Assembly: GCA_965261595.1 (NCBI GenBank)
Contig: CBDHDG010000005.1
Coordinates: forward strand, 416,001 to 480,000
Length of the DNA stretch: 64,000 nt
Origin: a bacterium
GTDB lineage: Bacteria; UBA8248; JACPRG01; G963555815
Reading direction: 5' to 3'
Translations under genes and position numbers: made by a program
In this document: positions 1 through 10,626 of the stretch, in pieces
How the letters are laid out: each line of letters begins with the position of its first letter
Numbering within the stretch: position 1 is the stretch's first letter
The notes under the pieces: generated by a model
Database searches by the model: none
The model's input: the letters and a program-made list of their open reading frames with translations, nothing else
Told to the model about the DNA's origin: nothing

Positions 1-730
1 GCGCGACAAAGATGAGGAACCCCACAAACCGCCGGAATCCCCGCCGGAACATGAAGAGGATGCCGATGAGGACGCCGAATCCGTAGATGGCCGAAAAGAG
101 GTACGGCCAAAAAGTCCGGGGAAACGCGGAGGCCCCCCTTTCGAGCAGCAGGTTCGGCGAGACGCCTCCGGCCACGGGAAGCGAAAGGAAATCCTCCGGC
201 CGGTTCAGCCCGAGGATGTGCATGTGCCGCCGCCAGTTGTGGGCGACCAGATTCTTCTTGAAGGGATCGCCGCTGAAGTGGTAGTGGGCGGCCGCCTCGA
301 CTCCGGGGATGATCAGGACCTTCGGGTGCGCCCGATTCGCTTTCGCGACGGCCGCCAGGTATCGGCCCACGCCCGCCTGGAAGACCGAGCGTCTTTCCTC
401 TCGAACGCGGAGAACGTTTTGAATCGGATAGACTCCCCACGTCATCGAGAGCCGGGCGTGGTCGGTCAGGACGAGAATGCTGAGGCCGTCTTCCTCGGCC
501 ATTTTCGCCAGCTCGTCGATGGAGAATTCCCCCGAGCTGAAATTGGAGTGCACGTGCACCGCCGCGCGGTAGGGTCTCGGGGCCTGGGCCGCGGCCCGGC
601 CGGAAAGGCCGAGGCCCGCGACGGCCAGGACGACCGCGAAGAGGGACGGGAGAAGCCTGAGGATTCGGCGCCCCCGTCGGATTCCGGGCGTCCGCCCGGG
701 CGGACGGTCAGAAAATGAGATCGATGACAA
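1..730 (-). CDS. PHP-domain metallohydrolase with signal peptide and TM segment; runs off the window edge (start uncertain, TTG at 730)
   Basis: Manual translation, not in the ORF track: ...LFAVVLAVAGLGLSGRAAAQ-APRPYRAAVHVHSNFSSG...LVLTDH...IIPGVE...HMHILG. HxHS, TDH and GxE are PHP motifs; a hydrophobic segment follows near base 1-100. Confidence 0.75.
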   Translation of the reverse strand, partial: MSSISFSDRPPGRTPGIRRGRRILRLLPSLFAVVLAVAGLGLSGRAAAQAPRPYRAAVHVHSNFSSGEFSIDELAKMAEEDGLSILVLTDHARLSMTWGVYPIQNVLRVREERRSVFQAGVGRYLAAVAKANRAHPKVLIIPGVEAAAHYHFSGDPFKKNLVAHNWRRHMHILGLNRPEDFLSLPVAGGVSPNLLLERGASAFPRTFWPYLFSAIYGFGVLIGILFMFRRGFRRFVGFLIFVA

Positions 731-836
731 AGCTTGGAACCCCGTAGAGCGTCAGGAAGAAAACCAGGATGAGATAGAGCAGGCAGAGCAGGAAAGTGAA
801 TTTGCCGTGTCCGCGGGAGGGGTTTCGTCGGGCCAT
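708..836 (-). CDS. possible small single-pass membrane protein (42 aa)
   Basis: MARRNPSRGHGKFTFLLCLLYLILVFFLTLYGVPSFVIDLIF: basic N-terminus plus one TM helix, overlapping the start of the PHP gene. Confidence 0.4.
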   Translation of the reverse strand: MARRNPSRGHGKFTFLLCLLYLILVFFLTLYGVPSFVIDLIF

Positions 837-1356
837 GGATTTAGCGCACGTTTGAAGGGTAGTCGGGTCGCGTGATTCGCACGCCCATTCGGGCGCGGAC
901 CGGAATGGATCGGCGGGTGGGCATGGATGATCCCGCAAAGGGATCACCATCCACCGGATGAACGGGCCTGGGCCGGATGACGGCCCCGAGAATCGGAGAG
1001 CGGGACCATGGCAGCCTCCACGGCGGGTTCCGAAGCTCCGGACGAATCCTTCGGGGCCTCAATCACCTAGCGTATCTTAGCATCACCGCGATGGCGCGTC
1101 ACCCGTTTTCTCCGAGGCAATCCACGGGTCGCCGCGGTGGGTATGGCGTTTCCGCGGGATAGCTGTTAGGCTGGCCTCGATAGGTTGGATTTCTTCACGC
1201 TCACGTACGCTTCCTTCCTGTATGTATCCGAATTTTCGATAGCGAATTTCACGCCGTGCATCGATTCCGAGAAAGGGATCGCATGGGTGAGACCTTTTCC
1301 ATCCGGACAGGGACGATGAGCGCGCGTCTCCTCCCGCTTGCAGAGGAAAGAACCCC

Positions 1357-2361
1357 ATGACCCGAAGTCGGACGGGGAGCGACCCCGGCGGGCGGACCGT
1401 CATCGATGTCCTGGAGCAGGGAGGAGAGGAGGGGGGGAAGGAGACCCTCTCCGAGATCCGCCTCGGCCTGCTCCGAACCCCCCGCGAGATTTCTTCGAAA
1501 TTCTTTTACGATGACCGGGGCTCGGCCCTCTTCGAGCGGATCTGCGATCTGCCCGAGTATTACCCGACGCGCGTCGAGCGCGCCCTGTTGACCCGATTCG
1601 CGGATCGGATCGTGGACCGGAGCCGGGCGGACGTGCTGGTCGAGCTGGGCTCCGGATCCTCCACGAAAACGCGCCTTCTGCTCGACGCCTTGGCGCGCGC
1701 GAATCGGCTCTCGGCGTATGTCCCCTTCGATGTGAATCAGTCCTTTGTGCGGGAGGTCGCCGCCGGCCTGACGGCCGGATACCCGGGCCTCCGGGTTCAC
1801 GGCGTTGTGGGCGACTTCATGAAGCATCTGATGTACATCCCGGACGGAGGCAGGCGCTTGGTGATATTCCTGGGCGGGACCATCGGAAATATACAGCCGA
1901 GCCGGGCCGCCGCCTTTCTCTCGGGGGTGTCGGACCGGATGAGCGCCGGTGAGTTCTTTCTGCTGGGGACGGACCTGATCAAGGACGTGGATCGCCTGGA
2001 GGCCGCCTACAATGACACCCAAGGGGTGACGGCGGAATTCAACCGGAACGTCCTCCGGGTGATGAACGATCTCCTGGACGGCGATTTCGACCCGGAGGGC
2101 TTCGAACACCGGGCGTTCTACAATCGGGAGCGGGACAGGATCGAAACGCGCCTGCGATCGAAGCGGGAGCAGGTCGTCCGGTTGCCGGGAATCGAGATGG
2201 AGATCGCCTTCGAGCGCGGGGAGGAGATCCTGACCGAAGTCAGCGCGAAATACGATCGGCCCCGGGTCGAGGCGTTGTTGAGAGAGAGCGGCTTTGAGAT
2301 GGTCGAGTGGCTGACCGATCCGGAGAACCTGTTCGCCCTCAGCCTGGCGAAGAGGGTGTAG
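1357..2361 (+). CDS. egtD: L-histidine N-alpha-trimethyltransferase (hercynine synthesis)
   Basis: Motifs SKFFYDDRGS, LPEYYPTR, VELGSGSSTKT, FLGGTIGN, AYND.QGVTAEFN, TEVSAKY. Confidence 0.92.
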   Translation: MTRSRTGSDPGGRTVIDVLEQGGEEGGKETLSEIRLGLLRTPREISSKFFYDDRGSALFERICDLPEYYPTRVERALLTRFADRIVDRSRADVLVELGSGSSTKTRLLLDALARANRLSAYVPFDVNQSFVREVAAGLTAGYPGLRVHGVVGDFMKHLMYIPDGGRRLVIFLGGTIGNIQPSRAAAFLSGVSDRMSAGEFFLLGTDLIKDVDRLEAAYNDTQGVTAEFNRNVLRVMNDLLDGDFDPEGFEHRAFYNRERDRIETRLRSKREQVVRLPGIEMEIAFERGEEILTEVSAKYDRPRVEALLRESGFEMVEWLTDPENLFALSLAKRV

Positions 2362-2381
2362 CGCCCTTCTCGCGCCGTACG

Positions 2382-2819
2382 TCAACCCATGAAATCGTAC
2401 ACGTCCTTTCCTTCCTGCGGCCGGGCGGCGACGGCCTCGATGGCGATCTTCCGCTCGTCGCGGAGCCCGCTGACCTCCACCATGGAGATCGCGGGCAGGC
2501 TCTCTGGAAAGGCGGCTTCCAGGGCCTTGTCGATGGCTTGGGCGTCACGCGGGTCCGTCAGGTAGATGGTGCACTGGAGGACGTGGGCCAGGCTCTGCCC
2601 GTTCGCCGTCAGGACAAGTTCCAGGTTCTCGAGCGCGCGCGCGGTTTGTTCGGAGCACAGGGGGCTGACCACCTTTCCCGACTTGTCCACGCCCGAGATG
2701 GCCCCGGTGAAGGTGAATCCGTTGCATTCGACCGCGGCGGGGAAGGGGCCGGCGCCCACCTCGGCCCGCACCGGCCGCCGGGGGCCATGTCCGTTCGCTT
2801 CAGGCTTGTTCTCGGCCAA
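2382..2819 (-). CDS. RidA/YjgF family protein
   Basis: GPFPAAV..NGFTFTG, EQTARALENLELVL, TIYLTD, PAISMVEVSGL, IAIEAVA. TTG start at 2819 with a GGGGAGGG RBS upstream. Confidence 0.8.
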   Translation of the reverse strand: MAENKPEANGHGPRRPVRAEVGAGPFPAAVECNGFTFTGAISGVDKSGKVVSPLCSEQTARALENLELVLTANGQSLAHVLQCTIYLTDPRDAQAIDKALEAAFPESLPAISMVEVSGLRDERKIAIEAVAARPQEGKDVYDFMG

Positions 2820-2923
2820 GGCCGGACCCTCCCCATGACTTCGATTCGCTGAGCGTTTTCCTCCCGGGTTTCCGCCCCGGGACGATTCATGCTGACCGAG
2901 CGGGGACCCTTCCCCTTTTTCGG

Positions 2924-4324
2924 TCAAACAGCCTTTGAAACCCCCTGAAGCCGCGGCGATCGCAGCCGCTCCGCCAGGTCCCGGGCCCACGCCATCTTCT
3001 CGGCGTCCATTTGGAGCCTTTCGGCGAAGGGGTCGTCGGTGGGTTTTGTGGCGTCGACGCCCAGTTTCGCCGTCACCCCCTGCTCGCTGGCGGAGGGATC
3101 CAGAATGGCGCCGAGGGCGCCGGGGATGATCACCAGGTCCCGGTCGGCCTGAACCCGGGTCGTCATGGCCCAGATAACGTCTGAATCGTTAAAGACATCC
3201 ACGTCGTCGTCTACGATAACGACGAACTTCAGGTAGTGGTCCACGCCCAGGGCGATGGCGATGGCGTGCTTGGCCTCTCCGGGGCGGGTCTGGCGCATCG
3301 AGATGAAAGCGGTGAAGGCGGCGCACCCGGAGTTGGGGAGGTGTACGTCCTTCACGCCGGGGATGGATTTCCGCAGGGCGTTGCGGACTTCCATCTCCCG
3401 CAGGCAGCCCACCGTGGTGAGGTGGTCGCCGGCCATTCCGGAGGCGATGCTCTGGAACCAGGCATCCTCGCGCATCGAGATGGCGTTGACCTGGAAGACG
3501 TTCTCCGTGCTTCTGGCGGAGAAATATCCCGTGAACTCGCCGAACGGCCCCTCGGGTTCCCGCGCGCCCGCGAGGAATTCCCCCTCGATGACAATCTCGC
3601 TCCAGGCGGGCACGTGAAGATCGAGGGTGGCGCATTTGGCGATCTCCATCGGCTCGCCGAACAGTCCGCCGACGGCCTGAAACTTGCTGACCTCCGGCGG
3701 CGGGTAGGACAGAGAGCCCATCGCGACGGCGGGGTGAAGGCCCAGGCAGATGGCCGCCGGCATGTTTTCGCCCCGTTCTTCGTACAGGCGCAGGTACTCG
3801 AACATCCGCCTGCGCGAGTGGAGGCTGCAACCCATCTTTCTCGCCCCCTTGATTTGAAAGCGGTGGTAACCCTCCGTCACGACGCCCGTGTCCGGATGTT
3901 GGGCCACCAGCATGCCGGCGGTGAGGTAGGGTCCGGCGTCTCCGGGGAAGTACGTGGGGATCGGGAGCCGGGCCAGGTCGGCGTCTTCGCCCTTGAGGAG
4001 GATTTGGCGGAACGGCGGGTCCTCGACCGACACCGGGTCGATGTATTCCTTGAGCCGGCCTGAATATTCTTCGACCAATCGGTCCTCGGGCGTCTCGATG
4101 GCCTTGGCCAGGGAGCGGCGTCCGGCCACGAGATTGCAGATTACGGGAACTTGATGGCCCTTGATGTTGTCAAAGAATAAGATTGGATATTGCCCCTGCC
4201 GTTCATATTCGAGGACCAGGGCCATGATGTCGTATTCCAGGTCGACCGGCTCAGAGACCCGAATCATCTCCTCGGGGAATTCTTTTTCAAACGCCTGGAT
4301 GAAGCTTCGAAGATCCTGGTTCAT
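2924..4324 (-). CDS. UbiD family (prFMN-dependent) decarboxylase
   Basis: DLRSFI, GDAGPYLTAG, GYHRFQ, EIVIEG, EGPFGEFTGY, VVIVDDDVD, LDPS, KLGVDAT. Confidence 0.92.
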   Translation of the reverse strand: MNQDLRSFIQAFEKEFPEEMIRVSEPVDLEYDIMALVLEYERQGQYPILFFDNIKGHQVPVICNLVAGRRSLAKAIETPEDRLVEEYSGRLKEYIDPVSVEDPPFRQILLKGEDADLARLPIPTYFPGDAGPYLTAGMLVAQHPDTGVVTEGYHRFQIKGARKMGCSLHSRRRMFEYLRLYEERGENMPAAICLGLHPAVAMGSLSYPPPEVSKFQAVGGLFGEPMEIAKCATLDLHVPAWSEIVIEGEFLAGAREPEGPFGEFTGYFSARSTENVFQVNAISMREDAWFQSIASGMAGDHLTTVGCLREMEVRNALRKSIPGVKDVHLPNSGCAAFTAFISMRQTRPGEAKHAIAIALGVDHYLKFVVIVDDDVDVFNDSDVIWAMTTRVQADRDLVIIPGALGAILDPSASEQGVTAKLGVDATKPTDDPFAERLQMDAEKMAWARDLAERLRSPRLQGVSKAV

Positions 4325-4709
4325 GATTTCTCCTTCCCGCCGGCGCGGCGGACGGCGTCGGGTCGGCCGGGTCGAGAGCCCGGAGCGCGTCGGGCGCAAG
4401 GCGTTCATCGGTCCTGACCGTAAATCCCAAGTGCACATTGGACCATTTGGACACATATCCTATCAAATCGGCAAATGAAGGGTGCGTTTTTGAGGAATGC
4501 GGTTCGGGGGCGGACGGGAGAGGATCCTGACCCCCGGATGGTTTCAACGGCGAAGCGGGAGTTCTGGTAAAATTCCCTGATCTGTGGGCGCTGTCGTTTC
4601 CGGCGGTTTGTCCCTCGGGTGGGTGGACCCTACGGGTTGGTTCTTTGGCCCCGGGGTCGGGAAAAATCTCGGAAGGAGCGGATGGATGTCTCGGAGAGTC
4701 GGGTTCCCG

Positions 4710-5844
4710 ATGAAGTTTCAAAAGATGGTGAGTTTGCTGTTCTTGATGGTTTTGGGGGTTGCCGGGCCGGTTTCTCCGGGGGCCGATGCGCAGGAGATCA
4801 AGTGCCGGGCGCCCGGGTCGGAGTCCGCTCGGGCCATCGCCGCCAAGATCAGCACGAAAACCCTTGCGTCCATCGTGAAGGCGAGCGGCTCCTTCGAGAC
4901 CAAGGTGTAGCGCATCCGGAACGTCTCGCCCAAAGGGGCGAACTTCGACATCATCGCCTTCCGGCTGTGCGAGGCCGCGCAAAACAGGCTCATCACGCGC
5001 GAGTTTTATCAAAAATACCTCCTTTACAAGCCTTCGCCCCGTCGGGACTGTCGCCGAGAAGTGGAACCTGAGCGGGGACGTTTACGTCAAAGGCAATCGG
5101 ACCGACCGCCTGGCGAACGCGGAAGTGGAGCTGGGCTTTGAGCCGCCCCGTGTGACCTCCACCGCTCCCGATGGCACCTTCAGCTTCGCCATGCGGGAAG
5201 AGGACGCGGGCAAGGCCGTGGTCGTCCGGATCAGAAAGCCCGGCTACCGGATATTCGTCAGCCGGGTGGTTCTGAAGACCAACATGGCATCCCTCAAGGT
5301 CCCCATGCGCCCCCTCAAGGACACGTTCGTGTTCATCGGAAAGGTGACCAACAGCGAGGGGACCCGTCCGCTGGCGGGCGCCCGGGTGACGCTCGGAACC
5401 GATCCCCCGTCCGATGTCCGGACGAAATCCGACGGACGTTTCCGCTTCGACGTGGACCGCGACAATCTTGAACAATTCGTGAGCCTGCGGGTGGCGCGAA
5501 ACGGCTACCGGTCCTATGTGAAAGACATCCGTCTGGCCGAGAAGATGAAGAAGCCCGTGACCGTGATGCTCGAGCGCACGACCTTCCGCGTGCGGGGGTC
5601 CATTCGGGACAAAGAGACGCAGGAGCCCCTGGAAGGCGTTCGAATCACCCTCAGGACGGAACCGGTCACGCGGGCGTCCACCGGCAGCGACGGGAAGTTC
5701 AACCTTCGGGTCCCGATGAAATACGACGGCGAGTTCGCCGCTCTTCGGGCCGAGAAGCCGGGTTTCAAGACGTACACGGCGGACGTCGAGCTCGCAAAAG
5801 ACGGTGGGGATCCGGTCGAGGTGGAGATGTCCCTGGCCCAGTAA
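4710..5844 (+). pseudogene. secreted protein with three carboxypeptidase-regulatory-like repeats, disrupted by an in-frame TAG (4908-4910) and a frameshift near 5030
   Basis: Signal peptide MKFQKMVSLLFLMVLGVAG. The frame stays coding-like past the TAG (RIRNVSPKGANFDII...), then continues in the next frame (VGTVAEKWNLSG...) into three L.GA.V.L...T..DG.F...K.GY repeats. Confidence 0.6.
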
Positions 5845-5890
5845 GAGAGGAACCCGATCAGGTCGGGATTCTTGAGAGGAGTCGGGCGAA

Positions 5891-6800
5891 GTGAAAAAGT
5901 GGGCGCCGTTAATCGCGATGCTGTTGCTGCTCTTGTACGTGGGGAGCGTTGCGGCCCAGGACGACACCCCTCCCGCCGAAGAGGACCCCCCTCCCGTCGC
6001 GGATGAGAAGCCCCCGCCCTCCTCATTGCTTGAAGAGGACGACGAGGAGTTGACGGACGAGAAGGGCATGGCGCCGCTGGCGCCGTTCAAGGCCCCGAAA
6101 TTCAAGGCGATGGAGAGGTTCAAGCGGGAGGAGGAGGAGGAAAGGCGTAGAGAGAGGACGCCGCGCCTCCCGTCCGCGCAGCGTGCCCGGCGCGCCCACC
6201 GGGGCGATCACCGCGCTCACCCTGGCCGACCTGATGGCCGGCGGCGAGTCGCACATCAATCAACTCGTTCTGCTCAAGGTTTACTACATGGGCAAGGGGA
6301 GCTTGAAAGGGAAACGGTTCAAGATCCCCCGGGGGAAGTACAACAACATCCGGGTCCGGGACCGGGACCTCGAAGTCCTGAACCTGATCTTCGTGCCCAA
6401 AAAAGACGCGAGCATCCTCAGCCGCCTGAAGCGGAACTTTCGCGTCACGATGGTGGCGAAGGTGATCGACGTTCACAACCTGACCGACATGCCCATCCTG
6501 GTTGTGACGGTTCTGAAAAAAGGGTGGGAATTCAGCAAGGAGGATTTTCTCCCCGAGGGAGAGGCGCCCCCCGTCGCCTCCGTTCCCCCCGACGCGGACG
6601 ACACGCCGGCGGACACGCTGGATGCCGATTCGGAAACGCCCGACTTGGACGCCCCCCCGGCGGTCACCACCCCCGACTCCGACACCGCGGCCGAGGACAC
6701 GCCGCCGTCTGATGGGGACGCGCCGCCCGATGACGACGCGCCGCTCGATGATGACGCGCCTCCCGATGACGAGCCGCCCCCGCCGCCGCCGGATGATTGA
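5891..6800 (+). CDS. secreted Pro/Asp/Glu-rich hypothetical protein; apparent frameshift about 6125-6185
   Basis: Signal peptide MKKWAPLIAMLLLLLYVGSVAAQ; coding continues in ORF 6183..6800 in a different frame after a (GAG)n tract. Confidence 0.6.
6717..6770 (+). repeat. intragenic 18-nt tandem repeat x3 (DAPPDD)
   Basis: gacgcgccgcccgatgac / gacgcgccgctcgatgat / gacgcgcctcccgatgac. Confidence 0.8.
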
Positions 6801-6847
6801 ACGAGGGCGCGGATCGCCTCCCCCCCCCTCCGGCGGCCGAAATGCCC

Positions 6848-7924
6848 TTACGGTTTGACGGCCACGCGCAGCGGATTTCCCTCGCGCTTTTCGAACATCT
6901 CCATGGCCCGTCCGATCTCTTCCAGCGGGAACTCGTGCGTCAGCATCCGCTGCGCGTTCACGGCCCCGTCGGCGATGAGCTGGATGGATGGGGGGTAGCA
7001 GTTGGGCGATCCCCGGGCGCCCAGAAGGCTGATCTCGTCCAGGACGAGGCGGTCGGTGTTGATGGGGATTTCCCGGCCTCCCGTGATGCCTTCCAGGACG
7101 ACGCGTCCGCCGCGCTTGACCATCCCGATGGCTTGGAGGGTGGCCTCCGGCGATCCGGAGCACTCGACGACGAGGTCGACGCCGGCCCCCCCGGTGTCGT
7201 CCATGACGATCCGGACCGGGTCTTCCCGGGTGATGTCGATGGCGAAGTCGGCCCCCAGCTCTTTGGCGACTTCCAGGCGGGGGCCGCGCCCGGTGATGTA
7301 GGTCTTCGACGCGCCGTAGTGCTTGGCCAGCTCCAGGACGCAGAGACCCAACAGGCCGGGGCCGGTGATGGCGACCTTGTCGGTGGGCGCCACCCGGCCG
7401 CCGCGGTCCAGGGCGTGCATGGCGATGACCACCTGGTTCACAATGACCCCCTCCTGCCAGCTCATGGAATCGGGGATCCGGTGGAGGTTGTTCGGCGGCG
7501 CCACGCCGTATTCGCTGAAGGCCCCGTTGAAGGTGTGGCCCAGTAAACGGTAACCGCCCTCGATGTCCTTTCCCGCCGCTTCGCAGATATGATAGTCGCC
7601 GCGGATGCACCGGGCGCACTGCCCGCATCCGATGGTGGGCTCCGCAATCACCCGATCGCCCACCTTCAGGTCACGCTTGACGTTCCGGCCGAGCGCCGCC
7701 ACGGTCCCGCACCATTCGTGTCCCTGAATGAAGGGGTAGTGGGACGGCCAGAGGGGACGCATGTGCCCGGACAGGATGTGCAGGTCCGTCCCGCAGATCC
7801 CGCACATCTCCACCCGGACCAGTACGTCGTCGGGCTCATAGTCGGGCAGGGGGACCTCCTCCACCCTTATGTCGTTCGCTTCGTGCGTGACGGCGGCTTT
7901 CATCGTTTTGGGAAGGGCGGTCAA
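6848..7924 (-). CDS. zinc-dependent (MDR) alcohol/polyol dehydrogenase
   Basis: CGICGTDLH, GHE, structural-Zn CGQCARCIRGDYHIC, GPGLLG. Confidence 0.92.
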   Translation of the reverse strand: MTALPKTMKAAVTHEANDIRVEEVPLPDYEPDDVLVRVEMCGICGTDLHILSGHMRPLWPSHYPFIQGHEWCGTVAALGRNVKRDLKVGDRVIAEPTIGCGQCARCIRGDYHICEAAGKDIEGGYRLLGHTFNGAFSEYGVAPPNNLHRIPDSMSWQEGVIVNQVVIAMHALDRGGRVAPTDKVAITGPGLLGLCVLELAKHYGASKTYITGRGPRLEVAKELGADFAIDITREDPVRIVMDDTGGAGVDLVVECSGSPEATLQAIGMVKRGGRVVLEGITGGREIPINTDRLVLDEISLLGARGSPNCYPPSIQLIADGAVNAQRMLTHEFPLEEIGRAMEMFEKREGNPLRVAVKP

Positions 7925-8085
7925 CGCGATTTCCTCCAGTTGGGCGGCCCGGCCATCGCCAGCCTGCGGCGCGATTGATCTTCATGTCCATTCGATTGTA
8001 ACCTGGGACCTGAATTCTGTCACATGCGGGGGGAGGGGGGCGCCGTTTCAGCCCGTCCCAGCCACATCGCATCGCTCTGGAGGGG

Positions 8086-8901
8086 ATGATGATTCGCAGG
8101 GAGTGGGAAGACGACTGGGTTCTTTTTCCTCAGCCGGAGCACGCCCGAATCTCCGGCGTCCTGGCCGAGGCCTGGGGCGCCGGCGATTTTTCCCGGCCCG
8201 AGCCGTGGGACGACGTTCTCCGGGCGACGTACGAGCATGATCTCGGTTGGACCGAATGGGAGAAGGCGCCCACCCTCAACGCGGACCGTCAGCTGGCGCA
8301 TTTCACCGAAACCCCCGTGGATGTTAATTTCGATATCTTTCGCAACGGCGTCCACGTCATTTACAGCGGGGGATATCCTTATTCGGCCGCCCTGGTCAGC
8401 CGCCACGCGTCCAACGTCTACAGCGGGATCCTGCGGGGCTGGGTCCGGCCCGTGACGCCCGAGGAAAAGAGCAAGCTGAGCGCCTACGTCGAGGAGCAGG
8501 AGGAGCGGCAGGCCGCGATCTGCCGGGAGATCAACGAGGGAGGGGGGGGGTCGGGCAAGGACGAGGCCGTCACCCTGGAGGACGTGAATCGACACGGAAA
8601 GTTCGTGACCGCGATGGACACCATCTCGCTGGTGCTTTGCAACGGCTGGAACCACCGGAACCGTTTGCAGCAGGTGCCGGTCGGGCCTTCGGAGGAGGAC
8701 GGCCTTGCCGATATCGCCCTGGATCTCGCGGACCCGCACACCCTCCGGGTCTCCCCCTGGCCGTTTTCGCGGGATTGCGTGGAGGCGACCGCGCGGGGCC
8801 GCCGCATCCCCCGAGAGCCGTTCGATTCCGATGAGGATCTCCACGCCGCGCTCCGGGACGCCCCGATGTTCGAGATGACCTACCGCCTCATGCCCGGCTA
8901 G
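8086..8901 (+). CDS. DUF3891-like protein
   Basis: MIRRE, QPEHARISG.LA..WG, EHDLGW, ALVSRH, VSPWPF. Confidence 0.75.
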   Translation: MMIRREWEDDWVLFPQPEHARISGVLAEAWGAGDFSRPEPWDDVLRATYEHDLGWTEWEKAPTLNADRQLAHFTETPVDVNFDIFRNGVHVIYSGGYPYSAALVSRHASNVYSGILRGWVRPVTPEEKSKLSAYVEEQEERQAAICREINEGGGGSGKDEAVTLEDVNRHGKFVTAMDTISLVLCNGWNHRNRLQQVPVGPSEEDGLADIALDLADPHTLRVSPWPFSRDCVEATARGRRIPREPFDSDEDLHAALRDAPMFEMTYRLMPG

Positions 8902-8980
8902 GCGGGATATCCAAAAACGTTTTGCGGCGCGAATGTCCCCGGGCCGAAGAAGCGGGGGCGTGCGCCCTGACTCCATCTTC

Positions 8981-9024
8981 CTCCCTCCCTCCCTCCCTCC
9001 CTCCCTCCCTCCCTCCCTCCCTCC
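8981..9024. repeat. (CTCC)11 tetranucleotide microsatellite (GGGA runs on the minus strand)
   Basis: Read directly; lies about 85 bp upstream of the SDR start. Confidence 0.95.
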
Positions 9025-9107
9025 CCCTTTCGTCCATTTCGGTTGTGTTAAGGTAAGGTGGTTTCCAACTCAATCGATCGAAGCGCCATGGGAATGGTGA
9101 GCGAAAA

Positions 9108-9848
9108 ATGCGTTTTCAGGACCAGGTTGTGATCGTCACGGGCGGCTCCCTGGGGATTGGACGGGCCTACGTGAGGGCCTTCCACGCCGAAGGGGCGAAG
9201 GTCGTCATCGCCGACGTGGCCGATCCCGGGGAATTTCTCGACGAGTTCGAGGGCGGCGCGTGCGTCTATGTCGAGACGGACATCCGGCGGGAGGAGTCGA
9301 CCCTCGCGCTGGCCGAATCGACCCTGGAGCGGTTCGGCCGGATCGACGTCCTGATCAATAACGCCGCCCGCCCCGGCCGGACCGCGCGCTGGCCCTTGAT
9401 GGACATCAAGCTGGAGGACTGGGACGAGGTGTACAGGGTCAACGTCCGGGGAACCCTGTTGTGCACGAGGGCCGTGGTCCCGGCATTCGACGAAGCGGGT
9501 CGCGGGAAGATCGTCAACATCGCCTCGGACAGCTTCTACAAGGGCCACCCGGGGATGCTGGCCTACGTTTCCTCGAAAGGGGCCGTGATCGCCATGACGC
9601 GGTCGCTTTCAAAGGAGCTGGGTCCGCTGGGCGTCAACGTCAACGCTGTGGCCCCGGACTGGATTCCCCTCGGGCCCGACAAGGACAATCCGCCCCCTTA
9701 TTCGAAGGCGGTCCTCGAGTCGCGCGTGTTCAAGCGGCATATGGACCCGGAGGACGCCGTCGGGGCCGTCCTGTTCCTGGCCTCTTCAGAAAGCGAATTT
9801 ATCACCGGCATAACGCTTCCCGTCAGCGGTGGATCGTATTTCGTGTAA
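9108..9848 (+). CDS. SDR family oxidoreductase
   Basis: TGGSLGIG, LINNAA, YVSSK. Confidence 0.92.
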   Translation: MRFQDQVVIVTGGSLGIGRAYVRAFHAEGAKVVIADVADPGEFLDEFEGGACVYVETDIRREESTLALAESTLERFGRIDVLINNAARPGRTARWPLMDIKLEDWDEVYRVNVRGTLLCTRAVVPAFDEAGRGKIVNIASDSFYKGHPGMLAYVSSKGAVIAMTRSLSKELGPLGVNVNAVAPDWIPLGPDKDNPPPYSKAVLESRVFKRHMDPEDAVGAVLFLASSESEFITGITLPVSGGSYFV

Positions 9849-9880
9849 CCAAGCCACTCGAAACCGCAAGGAGACAGGGC

Positions 9881-10519
9881 ATGAGCATGATTCATGACGA
9901 TTTGATTCCCGGGCGCAAAGGCGGCGCGTGGGTGGTCAAGAAGGGCCAGTACATCAAATTGGTCGACGTGGAAGGCGGCGCCATCGGCGATTTCGTCACC
10001 TTCAACGCGAACAACCTGAAGGAGCGCTTCGATCAGGGCCGGACGAAGGCGGACAACGGCAAGATCCTCGTCACCACGGGTGACCATCTCTACACCCGCG
10101 ACAACAACATCATGCTGACCATCGTCGAGGACACCTACGGGATTCACGACCTCCAGTACGGGATGTGCAGCGCGTGGGTGTTCGAACAGTTTCACCAGAC
10201 GAAGGCCGACGGGGCGTACCATGGATTCACCGATCGCTTCACGGTCGGAGGCCCCATGGGCGTGCCGCCCTTCGGTTGTTACGAGGTGCTCCAGGAGGCC
10301 CTGAAGGGCTACCCTATCGCGCCCGAAGACATCCCGGACCCGCTGAACCTCTTCCAGACCATGTGGTTTAATATTGAGGAGGGGACGCTGGGCATCGAGG
10401 ACGGCCGGAGCAAGCCCGGCGACCATATCGTCTTCGAAGCCAAGATGGATACGCTGTGCGGCCTGAGCGCCTGTCCGTCGACCGGCAGGCCGTTTCACGT
10501 GCAGGTTTACGAGGGGTGA
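9881..10519 (+). CDS. DUF1989 / urea-carboxylase-associated family protein
   Basis: KKGQYIKLVDVEG, HDLQYGMC, GCYE, PDPLNLF, SKPGD, LSACP. Confidence 0.8.
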   Translation: MSMIHDDLIPGRKGGAWVVKKGQYIKLVDVEGGAIGDFVTFNANNLKERFDQGRTKADNGKILVTTGDHLYTRDNNIMLTIVEDTYGIHDLQYGMCSAWVFEQFHQTKADGAYHGFTDRFTVGGPMGVPPFGCYEVLQEALKGYPIAPEDIPDPLNLFQTMWFNIEEGTLGIEDGRSKPGDHIVFEAKMDTLCGLSACPSTGRPFHVQVYEG

Positions 10520-10626
10520 ACGCTCATGTAGTCGTCGGCCGAAGGCGGAGATCACCCGCCCATGACGTGGTTCCCGCGGACGCGGCGGCAATTCCGGGAG
10601 GAGAGGGGCAAGATCGGGGGTTGGCG

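Noticed and set aside
4908..4945. TAG read-through (pyrrolysine or UAG-Sec) with a downstream hairpin
   Set aside because: There is no catalytic context and no GGU loop, and the same gene also has a frameshift; nonsense mutation or error is more likely.
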